A stretch of DNA of 64,000 nt. Source: an uncultured Chitinophagales bacterium (GTDB lineage: Bacteria; Bacteroidota; Ignavibacteria; UBA10030; F1-140-MAGs086). Within the stretch, counting starts at the first letter, position 1, and every line of letters begins with the position of its first letter. The notes beneath the pieces were generated by a model, which had not been told where the DNA came from, did no database searches, and saw only the letters and a program-made list of their open reading frames with translations. The stretch lies in assembly GCA_964358705.1 (NCBI GenBank), contig CAYHPL010000005.1, positions 4,566-68,565 of the forward strand. The letters run 5' to 3'. The position numbers and the translations under genes were made by a program. Below, in pieces: positions 27,457 to 36,937 of this stretch.

Positions 27457-30441
27457 TTATTTCATCAACAACATTTTCTTGACACTTACAAAATCACCGG
27501 CAGTAAGTTTGTAGATATAAATTCCACTTGGTAAGTTTGCTGCATCCAATTGTACGTTGTAATTTCCTGCATCTTTCTTTTCATTGTTCAAAAGTGTAAC
27601 AACTTCTCTTCCGAGTACATCATAAACCTTCAACGTTACATTTCTAACAGCTAAAAGCGAAAAGCCAATCACCGTTTTAGGATTAAATGGATTGGGATAA
27701 TTTTGTTTCAACAGAAAACGAGAAGGCGTTGCGGCATTTTCTGAAACCCCGACAGGCGGCAAAACATTAATTACGAACGGAATAAATTTCTGCGGATGAG
27801 AAAAATCGTCGCTTTCAATTGTCAAGGACGCATAGTGCATTCCTTCATTTAATAATGAAGCATTAACTGTTACCATAACTTCACTTGATGATTGCGGTGC
27901 AAGTGTTCCGGTGCCATTTGTCAGAGAAATATATGATGTTGTATTTGTAACTAATTCCTGATAAAAAAACCCACTCGGATTATTGAAACCGGAACCGAGT
28001 ACGCTATCTTTCGGCGGATATGCTGCGAGATTATTTGCCGTTTGTCCATGCAAAGCAACTCCGAACGGAACAGAAATTTGCGCAGTCGTACTGTTTCTTC
28101 CGTAAGTAAAGGAAGTAGCCGCAGACCACGTCGAACCGATGTAGTAAAATTTACCTTCTCTGATATTTACACGAATTGCGCCCGAACTTTTCCATCCTTC
28201 TCCATTTGCTTCTGTACGCAATACGCTGAAAATTTTTCTATACACTCCATCGTGTGTATTTCCTTCATACACAAAGAACGACAAATTCGGCGCGGCGGTA
28301 GAATTTCCATAAAAGCGGATTTCTTTCAGAACTGCATTTGTACTTGCCTGATAGACATTTCCTTTCTCTTTTCCGAATTGCGAAGTAACCATATATGCGC
28401 CAACCTGCTGCGCAGAATCGAATGACGCATCTTCAACAGAAATGCTATACGATAAATTTTTTCCGCCTTCTTCAACACCGTTTGTTATTGTAAAAAAAGT
28501 ATTCAATTGTTGGTTCTGTGGAACAGTTAGCGAAAGCGAATCAGACGAAAGAACAAGAACTCCCGCGCGTTTATTTTTCCATTCATCTGTCGGAAATTGT
28601 ATTCCAGAAACATTATCAGCAAATGTTGCAAAATGTGGAAGCACGTTGGAGGGAATTTCATTGTTCAAATACATAATTCCGTTGTTTGCACTTTGCACAT
28701 CGGGATATGAAATACCGTAGCGATAAGAAAATTCTCCGAGCCGTGTATTTTCCGGAAATAAAATTTCCGTTGACCACACATTATCATTTGCAACAGAATC
28801 ACCGTGTGTTCCATCATTAAATAATTGAACAAGTGTTCCGTTAGTTGTATCACTGAACGTCCAGTTGCCGCGCTCTTTTCCAAGCGGAAGGATATTTCCT
28901 TTCAGCCATAAATTTGTTGCTTCAGAAACAGGGAAATTGTTGTAAATATCTCCTCCACCCTGCACATTAATTGAAAAATGAGCAGTTACGGATTGTGAAG
29001 AACCGCGAGTCAGCCATTTATCAGTTGAATACTTTACTACTGTATCAGCGTCGTTAAAATTTTGTGTATGAACAATATTTTCATTCGATTCATTATTCAA
29101 AAATGCAATGCCGCCATTCATTGTATCCACTCCTAAATATGCTGCTCCGTATTTATAGTGAAAAATTCCTTTCACCGTTCCCGCAGGAATAATGATTTGC
29201 CTCGACCAAATATTATCGCTTGCAGATGAATCGCCGTGAGTTCCATCATCGTACAAAGGAATAAGTGTTCCGTTACTTGTATCGGAATAATTCCAATTAC
29301 CATTATTATTTCCAAGTACCGGTAATTCTCCTTTTATGTACACATGAGAAATATTTTGCAATAATAAATCGGTGTGTGAATCAAGACCATGTGCTAAATT
29401 CACAGAAAATGTTGCTCTGACATTTTTTGCACTGATATTTTGAGGACGATATTTATAAATTCCGTCTCCCTGCAAAACAAAAATAGAATTAGTATCAAGC
29501 GCAATAATTCCATCATTAGAAAAAGAGCCCAATCCGGTTGTCGCGAGACGCACCCACGTTTCTCCGCGATTTCTGGACATCCATATTCCGCGCACTGGGT
29601 CAGAACCTCCATACGTTCCCATATACACATAATCAGGATTGGCAACGGATGTTGTAACTCCCCATGTATTTGTTCCGAGAAAAACAGTTGAATTAATATA
29701 GTTCCACGATTCTCCCGCATCTGTTGATTTTAACATTCCGCCGCCACCGCTAAACCGCGTCGCATACACAATATTATTATCAGTTCTGTCATACGTAATC
29801 ATTGGAACTTCGCCTGAAGTCGCATTAAATTTCTGAGACCACGAAGCGCCCGCGTCAGTGCTTTTCCAAATTCCATACCCATTATCGCCAAGTAAGATTT
29901 CATCGCTTCTGTCCGGGCGAATTTCCATATCGCACATTTCATTAAATTGTCCAGAAGGAATTACACTCCGCACTTCCCAAGTCGAACCAAAATCTTCACT
30001 GCGTAAAAAATTAGCCCCGTTCATTGTGTATAACAGTTCCGGATAATTTTTATCCCACTCCAATGGAACGCCGAAATAGGAAAAATTAAACGTACCTGTC
30101 GTAACCCACGTTTGACCGTGATCCGTGGATTTTTTTATGTAATCTCCGCCTTGTTGCGCAACGACAAATTCATTTGTATCAAGCGGATTGACAACGATAG
30201 TAGAAAGTTGATTCCCTCCTGACACAGTGGAAAAAAGAGACCAGTTATTTCCTCTGTCGCGGCTTATCCAAATCTGGTTATTGCCCGGCGCGGAATAAAT
30301 AATATTATCGTTCAATGGATTTGCAATAAATGGATTTCCTAAACCACCTCCCGGCACTTTTTTCAGCCATTGTGCTGATTGTGCGTGAGTTAAAGTAACG
30401 GAAAAACAAAGCAAAACGATGAACAAGAGTGCTTTTGTCAT
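27457..30441 (-). CDS. T9SS-secreted multidomain protein (BNR/Asp-box propeller, two choice-of-anchor-X-like domains)
   Basis: Signal peptide; S(T/R)D.G.(T/S)W Asp-boxes; duplicated L(Y/F)(D/N)DGTHGDS.A.DN.WS; C-terminal LKQNYPNPFNP. Confidence 0.88.
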   Translation of the reverse strand: MTKALLFIVLLCFSVTLTHAQSAQWLKKVPGGGLGNPFIANPLNDNIIYSAPGNNQIWISRDRGNNWSLFSTVSGGNQLSTIVVNPLDTNEFVVAQQGGDYIKKSTDHGQTWVTTGTFNFSYFGVPLEWDKNYPELLYTMNGANFLRSEDFGSTWEVRSVIPSGQFNEMCDMEIRPDRSDEILLGDNGYGIWKSTDAGASWSQKFNATSGEVPMITYDRTDNNIVYATRFSGGGGMLKSTDAGESWNYINSTVFLGTNTWGVTTSVANPDYVYMGTYGGSDPVRGIWMSRNRGETWVRLATTGLGSFSNDGIIALDTNSIFVLQGDGIYKYRPQNISAKNVRATFSVNLAHGLDSHTDLLLQNISHVYIKGELPVLGNNNGNWNYSDTSNGTLIPLYDDGTHGDSSASDNIWSRQIIIPAGTVKGIFHYKYGAAYLGVDTMNGGIAFLNNESNENIVHTQNFNDADTVVKYSTDKWLTRGSSQSVTAHFSINVQGGGDIYNNFPVSEATNLWLKGNILPLGKERGNWTFSDTTNGTLVQLFNDGTHGDSVANDNVWSTEILFPENTRLGEFSYRYGISYPDVQSANNGIMYLNNEIPSNVLPHFATFADNVSGIQFPTDEWKNKRAGVLVLSSDSLSLTVPQNQQLNTFFTITNGVEEGGKNLSYSISVEDASFDSAQQVGAYMVTSQFGKEKGNVYQASTNAVLKEIRFYGNSTAAPNLSFFVYEGNTHDGVYRKIFSVLRTEANGEGWKSSGAIRVNIREGKFYYIGSTWSAATSFTYGRNSTTAQISVPFGVALHGQTANNLAAYPPKDSVLGSGFNNPSGFFYQELVTNTTSYISLTNGTGTLAPQSSSEVMVTVNASLLNEGMHYASLTIESDDFSHPQKFIPFVINVLPPVGVSENAATPSRFLLKQNYPNPFNPKTVIGFSLLAVRNVTLKVYDVLGREVVTLLNNEKKDAGNYNVQLDAANLPSGIYIYKLTAGDFVSVKKMLLMK

Positions 30442-30571
30442 AGTTGTATAAAATAAGTTAGTTGATGGATATTTTCAGAAGTGAAAAATCGGGATTGAAT
30501 ATACAACTTTTCATTTAATTTGAAACTTTCTCCTTAATTACATACTTTTTGCCGTCAAAAATTTAGAAAAT

Positions 30572-31138
30572 ATGATATTTACACAGGAAGACAAATACAC
30601 ACTTCTTCAGATAGCACGTTCTGCAATTGAACGCATTATTGCAGGAAAATTGGAGCGGCAGTTGCCTCCGATTTCTCAAAACATTAAATCTTCTCACGGA
30701 GCTTTTGTTACACTGCGTGAAGAAGGGCAACTACGCGGATGTATTGGATTTATTGACTCAAAAAAACCACTCTATCAGGTTATTCGTGAAGCCGCAGTGA
30801 AAGCAGCAAAAGAAGACCCGCGTTTTTATCCAGTAACGACAATTGAACTTAATAAAATTGATATAGAAATTTCTATTCTTTCCGAACTTGCACCGCTTGC
30901 CTCAATCGAGGAAATTGAAATCGGAAAACATGGCTTGCTTTTAGTGAGCGGTTCTATACGCGGATTGCTTTTACCAAGTGTCGCAACAGAAATGAAATGG
31001 AACAGAGAGCAATTCCTCAATAATGTAGCATTGAAAGCAGGACTTTCCGCAGAAAGCTGGAAATTACCCGACGTAAAATTATTTTCTTTTGTAACAGAAA
31101 CGTTCAGAGAAAACGGACAATTTCGCACGGTGATATGA
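30572..31138 (+). CDS. amrA: AmmeMemoRadiSam protein A (AMMECR1 family)
   Basis: GAFVTL...QLRGCIG, AAKEDPRF, GKHGL and GLLLPSVA. Confidence 0.92.
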   Translation: MIFTQEDKYTLLQIARSAIERIIAGKLERQLPPISQNIKSSHGAFVTLREEGQLRGCIGFIDSKKPLYQVIREAAVKAAKEDPRFYPVTTIELNKIDIEISILSELAPLASIEEIEIGKHGLLLVSGSIRGLLLPSVATEMKWNREQFLNNVALKAGLSAESWKLPDVKLFSFVTETFRENGQFRTVI

Positions 31139-31974
31139 TTTCGGCAAAGAGTATTCGCCCGCCTGCTGTTGCGGGAATGTTTTATTCCAACAATCCCACT
31201 GTCCTCTCAGAAGAAATTACCGCTCTTTTTGAAGAAGCGCTCCCTCCCAAAATTACTGACAACATTGTTGCACTCATATCTCCGCACGCAGGATATATGT
31301 ATTCCGGTTTAACTGCGGCATACGGCTACAAAACTCTTGAACAAAAAAATATCGAAACTGCAATTATCGTTGCGCCAAGTCATTTTGAATTCTTTGAAAA
31401 CATTTCTGTCTATCCGGGAAAAAGTTATGCAACACCATTTGGTGAAATTGAAATAGATGAAGAATTGCGTTCTGAATTACTCAAAGAAAGTTCTCTCATA
31501 ATCAATAATGAAATCGGACATCGGAAAGAGCACGCGATTGAAGTGCAACTTCCTTTTCTGCAATTGTTATTTGGCAACAGAATAAAAATTCTTCCTATCA
31601 TCATCGGAAATCAAACGAGAGAGAATTGTTTTTCGCTCGGTGAATTGCTTGCAAAAATATCAAAAGAAAAAAATGTTGTTCTCATTGCAAGTTCGGATTT
31701 GTCGCATTATTATTCTGCGCTCGAAGCAGAGAAACTCGATGAAATATTTATCAACGACATAAAACATTTCAACGAAGAAAAACTTATGTCCGATTTAGAA
31801 AATAATAGTACTGAAGGTTGCGGCGGAGGTTGTGCCGTTGCAGTGCTTCACACGGCAAAACTTCTCGGCGCAACTTCTGTGAGAATTTTACATCACTGCA
31901 ATTCCGGCGATATTACAGGAGAGCGAGAAAGAGTTGTGGGATATATGTCTGCTGTCGTGGTTCGTGAAGAGTGA
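31135..31974 (+). CDS. amrB: AmmeMemoRadiSam protein B (MEMO1 family)
   Basis: RPPAVAGMFY, PHAGYMYSG, EHAIEVQLPFLQ, SSDLSHY and NSGD...VVGY. Confidence 0.92.
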   Translation: MISAKSIRPPAVAGMFYSNNPTVLSEEITALFEEALPPKITDNIVALISPHAGYMYSGLTAAYGYKTLEQKNIETAIIVAPSHFEFFENISVYPGKSYATPFGEIEIDEELRSELLKESSLIINNEIGHRKEHAIEVQLPFLQLLFGNRIKILPIIIGNQTRENCFSLGELLAKISKEKNVVLIASSDLSHYYSALEAEKLDEIFINDIKHFNEEKLMSDLENNSTEGCGGGCAVAVLHTAKLLGATSVRILHHCNSGDITGERERVVGYMSAVVVREE

Positions 31975-32017
31975 ATCGTGGTTCGTTATTAGTATTAGAT
32001 TCAAATAATAAAACACT

Positions 32018-32557
32018 ATGAATATGATTTTAATAAAAATACTCATCATCTTTTGTTTTATACAAAATGCAGATTTGTTGTTTGCACAACAAGATTCCGT
32101 TTCATTAGGAAATTACAATAAAAACATACATTTACTCGTCGGCTTCGGGAATATTGAATTTATAAATGTCGGCACTAGCATCCTATTCTATCATGGTTTA
32201 TATTGTAATGTAACAGGAGGAGAAGCTTTTATTCAAGGCGAAGGCTTTATTATTCCTGAGACAGGAAGCTTTTTAAAATTGGGAATTTCATATAGAATTT
32301 CAGAACAAAAAGTAAGTCCGATGTTTTCCATAGACGCAGGAAAGCTGTTTTTACATGTGCAAGAATCTGTATTTCCCCTTAAAATTTCAAATGAAGCGTA
32401 TATAGCATCAGTAATGGGTGGAGTCGAATGGCGGTATGAAAATGGGTGTAATCTCGGAGTATTATTAGGAGGACGTTACAGCGCAAGAAAATATTATGCG
32501 GATAAAATTATATATGGGTTTCAGATTTATATAGGTTATAGAGCTGATATATGGTAA
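32018..32557 (+). CDS. Hypothetical small outer-membrane beta-barrel-like protein
   Basis: Signal peptide (LFA-QQ), about 8 amphipathic strands, aromatic C-terminus; flanked by a 16-bp direct repeat. Confidence 0.65.
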   Translation: MNMILIKILIIFCFIQNADLLFAQQDSVSLGNYNKNIHLLVGFGNIEFINVGTSILFYHGLYCNVTGGEAFIQGEGFIIPETGSFLKLGISYRISEQKVSPMFSIDAGKLFLHVQESVFPLKISNEAYIASVMGGVEWRYENGCNLGVLLGGRYSARKYYADKIIYGFQIYIGYRADIW

Positions 32558-32642
32558 ACAATTTTTTTAATCATTATTTACAAAAAATATATTATGAATA
32601 AACTATTAGATTCAAATAACAAATGCAACATTATGAAATATG

Positions 32643-32764
32643 GAAACCATTTGAAAAACTACTAGTACAGACATTTTTTGTCTGTACAGAATTGAGAAAT
32701 TAGTATAAAAATAACAGTCAAGAATGTCTGTTCTATCAAATAATGGAGTTTTTCAAAGGATTCT
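32643..32764. mobile_element. MITE-like non-coding element
   Basis: Terminal inverted repeat tttgaaaaact / agtttttcaaa; internal hairpin gtacagaca-ttttt-tgtctgtac. Confidence 0.55.
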
Positions 32765-32820
32765 AATATTCTCTGCGCAATCACTCAAATACTCCATGGC
32801 TCCATTACTCCAATTTTAGA

Positions 32821-33717
32821 ATGAACAAATTACCAAAAATAATTTCTGTTATCGGCGTGGGAAAAGTCGGCTCAACGCTTGCTTCCATTTTGTATGATAA
32901 TGGATTTGAAATTGTTTCTATTATTTCACGCACAAAAGGATCGGCAAAAAAAACTGCTAAACTTGTTCATTGCAAAAACATTTCTATTTCTGTAAAAGAT
33001 ATATCTCCACAAACAGAATTAATTCTCCTCGCTGTTCCCGATGGAGTGTTAAAAAATGTTGCGGATGAAATTGCTAAAAGCGCACAATTAAATTTCAAGA
33101 AAATAATTGTCGCGCATGTTTCCGGAGTTCATTCTGTTGATGTGCTTTCTTCAATCAAAAAGAAAGGTGCGAGCGTTGCCGGAATTCATCCCATTCAAAC
33201 ATTTCCAAAACAATTTTCCATTCAACAATTGAAGAAAATTGTTTCACACAATATTGTTTTCGGAATAGAATGTGAAAAGAAATTACAGCCAACGTTGAAA
33301 GAACTCGCAAAAAAAATGAACGGAAAACCATTTGTAATTCCCGCGAAAGCGGGAATCAAACCCCTTTACCATCTTGCCTGCGTTGTCTCCTCCAATTTTT
33401 CCGTCGTACTTTTGAAAATGCTTGAAGAAATCTCTTCCAGTTTTTCTTTTTCAAATGAATGGAAAGATATTTTCTCTCCATTACTCCAATCATCCATCAA
33501 CAACGCTCTCTCCACATCACCAGTGGCTGCACTTACAGGTCCATTCACTCGCGGTGATGTAAAAACTATTGCAATGCACTTGAACGCATTGCAAAAATTT
33601 TCTCCACAGTTGATTACCATTTATAAGGAATTGGGAATACTTGCTGCTTCTATTGCTAAAGAACGAGGAAGTATTTCGGAAATGGAAGAGAAGAGTATTT
33701 TATCTACTCTGAAATAG
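32821..33717 (+). CDS. Rossmann-like DUF2520 oxidoreductase
   Basis: IGVGKVG, LLAVPD, HVSG, HPIQTF, LYHLACVVSSN and LTGPFTRGD. Confidence 0.88.
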   Translation: MNKLPKIISVIGVGKVGSTLASILYDNGFEIVSIISRTKGSAKKTAKLVHCKNISISVKDISPQTELILLAVPDGVLKNVADEIAKSAQLNFKKIIVAHVSGVHSVDVLSSIKKKGASVAGIHPIQTFPKQFSIQQLKKIVSHNIVFGIECEKKLQPTLKELAKKMNGKPFVIPAKAGIKPLYHLACVVSSNFSVVLLKMLEEISSSFSFSNEWKDIFSPLLQSSINNALSTSPVAALTGPFTRGDVKTIAMHLNALQKFSPQLITIYKELGILAASIAKERGSISEMEEKSILSTLK

Positions 33718-33763
33718 TCAAAATGACTATCATTAAAAGGAAATTCAATCCTAAATTTTTTCG

Positions 33764-33771
33764 TATTTTTG
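33764..33771 (+). promoter_or_regulatory. Possible -7 promoter element (TATTTTTG)
   Basis: TAnnTTTG about 25 nt upstream of the ATG at 33797. Confidence 0.35.
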
Positions 33772-33796
33772 TCAGCAAAAATTCTGAACAAAAATT

Positions 33797-34861
33797 ATGA
33801 AAGCACTCATTGCAAGCGGCGGACGCGGAACACGACTTCGACCGCTCACGCACACACAAAACAAACATCTCATCCCCATCGCGAATAAACCGATTTTGCA
33901 TTACGCAATCGAACACGCAGTTGATGCCGGAATAAAAGAAATCGGCATCGTTGTGAATGAAGACGATGTTGAAGTTCAAAAAACAATCGGCAATGGCGAC
34001 AAATGGAATGTGAAAATAACATACATTCCGCAAGTTGTTCCCGGCGGACTTTCGCAAGTTGTGCAACTCGCAGAAAAATTTATCGGCAAAGAAAATTTTA
34101 TTTTTTATCTCGGCGATAATATGGTTGTCGGCGGCATAAAACGTTTCATTGACGAATTTGAAAAAAGTAAATGCGATTGTTTTCTCACGCTTGCAAAAGT
34201 GAAAGACCCGGAGCGATTCGGTGTCCCCGAAATCAAGAATGGAAAAATTATCGGCGTAGAAGAAAAGCCGAAAGTTCCGAAAAGCCAATTTGCCGTTTCG
34301 GGAATTTACATTTACAATCATCATATTTTTGAAGCGGTGAATAGCATCAAACCATCAGCGCGTGGTGAGTTGGAAATTTCCGATGCACATCAGTATTTGA
34401 TTGACAAAGGTTTTACGATTGGTTATGCGGAAATTACCGGCTGGTGGAAAGACACGGGAAAACCAAATGATTTGCTCGAAGCGAATCGTCTTGTGCTTGA
34501 TAATATCGAAACAAAAATTTCCGGCAATGTTGATTCGCTTTCTACGATTGCGGGAAAAGTGATTGTAGAAAGCGGCGCGAAAATTATCAACTCGATTGTT
34601 CGAGGTCCCGCAATCATTGGAAAAAATTGTGTACTCGAAAATAGTTACATCGGTCCGTTCACTTCTATTGGCGATGATTCGCTCGTAAAAAATAGCGAAG
34701 TGGAATACAGCATCGTAATGACAAAATGTAAGATTGAAAACGTGAACATTCGCATTGAAGGAAGTATTCTCGGCAACGAGGTGGAAATTGTTGAAGCAAT
34801 AGGAAAGCCGCGCGTGCATCGTTTTATGATTGGCGACCAAAGCAGAGTGGAAGTTGCGTAA
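33797..34861 (+). CDS. Glucose-1-phosphate thymidylyltransferase, long form
   Basis: GGRGTRLRPLT, YLGDN, EEKP, SARGELEISD and WWKDTG plus an LbH tail. Confidence 0.92.
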   Translation: MKALIASGGRGTRLRPLTHTQNKHLIPIANKPILHYAIEHAVDAGIKEIGIVVNEDDVEVQKTIGNGDKWNVKITYIPQVVPGGLSQVVQLAEKFIGKENFIFYLGDNMVVGGIKRFIDEFEKSKCDCFLTLAKVKDPERFGVPEIKNGKIIGVEEKPKVPKSQFAVSGIYIYNHHIFEAVNSIKPSARGELEISDAHQYLIDKGFTIGYAEITGWWKDTGKPNDLLEANRLVLDNIETKISGNVDSLSTIAGKVIVESGAKIINSIVRGPAIIGKNCVLENSYIGPFTSIGDDSLVKNSEVEYSIVMTKCKIENVNIRIEGSILGNEVEIVEAIGKPRVHRFMIGDQSRVEVA

Positions 34862-35368
34862 CGCGATATGAGATGTGAGATGTGCGATATGAGTTTAATC
34901 AGCTTATCGTTGATTTGAATCATGGAAAAAGGTTATGAGAAATTAGAAATTTATAAACTCTCACGTGAACTTGCAATTAAAGTTCATCAAATGAGTTTTA
35001 TTCTTCCTAAATTTGAAACCTACGAAGAAGGAAGTCAGATACGTCGCTCATCAAAATCAATTACAGCAAACATTGTAGAAGGATACTGTTTGCGAAGGCA
35101 TAAAAATGAGTACTTGCAGTATTTACATCGCGCTTTTGGTTCCTGCGAAGAAACAGTTTTACATTTAAATATTCTTTAGGAAACTGAATCTCTCAAAGAC
35201 AAACAAATATTTGACGAACTTACTGAGAAGTACGACCATCTTGGAAAAATGTTATTTCGTTTTATTGAATCAGTTCAATCAGAACATCTCTCACCTTCGT
35301 ACGTGAAAGAAAAAACCACAGAATATCAAGCATAAATAACGCACATCGCACATCCCATATCTCACATC
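34862..35368. repeat. Inverted heptamer arrays flanking the four-helix-bundle gene
   Basis: (gatatga/gatgtga/gatgtgc)n at 34862-34893; (cgcacat/cccatat/ctcacat)n at 35340-35368. Confidence 0.8.
34922..35335 (+). pseudogene. Four-helix-bundle protein (23S rRNA IVP / bAvd-like) with internal TAG stop
   Basis: YEKLEIY...[27 protein letters not shown]; TAG at 35177-35179, after which the frame continues ETESLKDKQIFDELTEKYDHLGKMLFRFIESV to TAA 35335. Confidence 0.85.
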
Positions 35369-35376
35369 AAAGAATC

Positions 35377-36159
35377 ATGAATTTTCAAACTTTACTTTTC
35401 TCAACTACAAACAAAATCGCAACCGTTACAATCAATCGCCCCGATAAATTGAACGCATTAAACGCTCAAACAAAATCGGAATTGAAAGAAGTTTTTTTTT
35501 ACATCAAAAATGCAACCGATATTGATGTCGTTATACTTACCGGCGCGGGAGAAAAAGCGTTTGTTGCCGGAACGGATATCGGCGAACTCACTTCACTCAA
35601 TGGAAATTCGGGAAAAGAATTTTCTGCACACGGACAAGAAATTTTTGATATGATTCAACATCTCGGAAAGCCTGTCATCGCGGCAATCAATGGTTACGCG
35701 CTTGGCGGTGGCTGTGAACTTGCACTTGCGTGTCATATTCGCATCGCAAGTGAAAATGCAAAATTCGGACAGCCCGAAGTAAATCTCGCAATTCTACCCG
35801 GTTATGGTGGAACGCAGCGTTTACCAAGAATTATTGGCGTGGGAAAAGCAATGGAAATGATTCTCACAGGAAATCCGATTGATGCGAATGAAGCGTTGCG
35901 CATTGGACTTGTTACCAAAGTAGTTCCGCTTTCTGAATTACTGAAAACTGCAGATGAATTCGCACAAACAATTGCGTCGAAAGGACAACTTGCAATTCGT
36001 ATGTCGCTCAAAGCAATCAATATGACACTGGAAACTCCACTCAGCGAAGGATTGAAATTGGAAGCAAGTTTGTTTGGCGTGTGTTGCGATTCTTCCGATA
36101 TGAAGGAAGGGACGAAAGCGTTTATGGAGAAACGAAAAGCGAATTTTATTGGAAAGTAA
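35377..36159 (+). CDS. Enoyl-CoA hydratase / crotonase
   Basis: NRPDKLNAL, AFVAGTDI, NGYALGGGCELA and QPEVNL...PGYGGTQRLPR. Confidence 0.93.
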   Translation: MNFQTLLFSTTNKIATVTINRPDKLNALNAQTKSELKEVFFYIKNATDIDVVILTGAGEKAFVAGTDIGELTSLNGNSGKEFSAHGQEIFDMIQHLGKPVIAAINGYALGGGCELALACHIRIASENAKFGQPEVNLAILPGYGGTQRLPRIIGVGKAMEMILTGNPIDANEALRIGLVTKVVPLSELLKTADEFAQTIASKGQLAIRMSLKAINMTLETPLSEGLKLEASLFGVCCDSSDMKEGTKAFMEKRKANFIGK

Positions 36160-36217
36160 TTAGTCATTGGTAATTTGTCATTCGCTCATTGAGTTCAAAT
36201 GATAAATTAAAATAGAT

Positions 36218-36841
36218 ATGAAACTCCCTAAACAAATTTATATTCGACTCATTGCAATTTTTTTATTTACAGTTGCTTGTTTTTTACTTTCACTAAAAAG
36301 CAGTGCGACAAATATTCTTCCGTTTTTGGAGCCATCTCCAGAAATTTATTCACCGACATACACACAATTATTTAATCAACTCAATCACGACATAGATTCC
36401 GTTTTTCGTCATTATGAAATTCGCGAGCATTGGGTGAAGAAAAAAGTACAAATATTGAATAATGACAGCAGCGTACAGCGTGTATTGCAGGAAGTGTACA
36501 CTCCAATTCCTTCTGCAAATGACACCGTATTAAAGGCAGTAAATCTTACTTTGCTCAATAAGAGTTTACAGGATGTTGCGCTGAATAATTATTTCACTGC
36601 ATCCGCAAGACAGGATTTGGAAAATAATACGATTACCACTTCAATCGGCTTCGATGGATTACTGATTGAAAAACTGACACTGATGAAAACAAAGTTTCTC
36701 CCCCAACCGCCGAAACAGAAAGCAGAAAAGAAAAAAATTGTAAAATCATCCGTAAGGCAAAAAGCAAAAAATACTCTCGTAAAAAAAAGCGGAAAGAAAC
36801 CCGTGAAGAAAAAGGCGACAAAAAAAATAAGAAATAAATAA
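36218..36841 (+). CDS. Hypothetical exported/membrane protein with Lys-rich C-terminal tail
   Basis: N-terminal hydrophobic helix; KKSGKKPVKKKATKK tail. Confidence 0.7.
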   Translation: MKLPKQIYIRLIAIFLFTVACFLLSLKSSATNILPFLEPSPEIYSPTYTQLFNQLNHDIDSVFRHYEIREHWVKKKVQILNNDSSVQRVLQEVYTPIPSANDTVLKAVNLTLLNKSLQDVALNNYFTASARQDLENNTITTSIGFDGLLIEKLTLMKTKFLPQPPKQKAEKKKIVKSSVRQKAKNTLVKKSGKKPVKKKATKKIRNK

Positions 36842-36937
36842 ATCACTATTACAAATGAATTGAAATAAGAAATTTAAGATTACGCAAAAAATATCATCTC
36901 AAAAAATTATTAATATCAAGCTTAACACTGTTTTATA

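Noticed and set aside
33704-34840. Long antisense ORFs (206 and 161 aa), and similar ones opposite clpC and glyS
   Set aside because: Shadow frames of well-conserved genes with biased codon usage.
35177-35179. Pyrrolysine or genome-wide TAG recoding
   Set aside because: Other genes end normally at TAG (e.g. 18866, 27289, 39251) and no pyl genes are visible; a nonsense mutation is simpler.
34922-35335. Diversity-generating retroelement
   Set aside because: An Avd-like fold alone is insufficient; no reverse transcriptase or adenine-specific TR/VR pair was found. The pccB stub mismatches are mostly synonymous rather than adenine-restricted.
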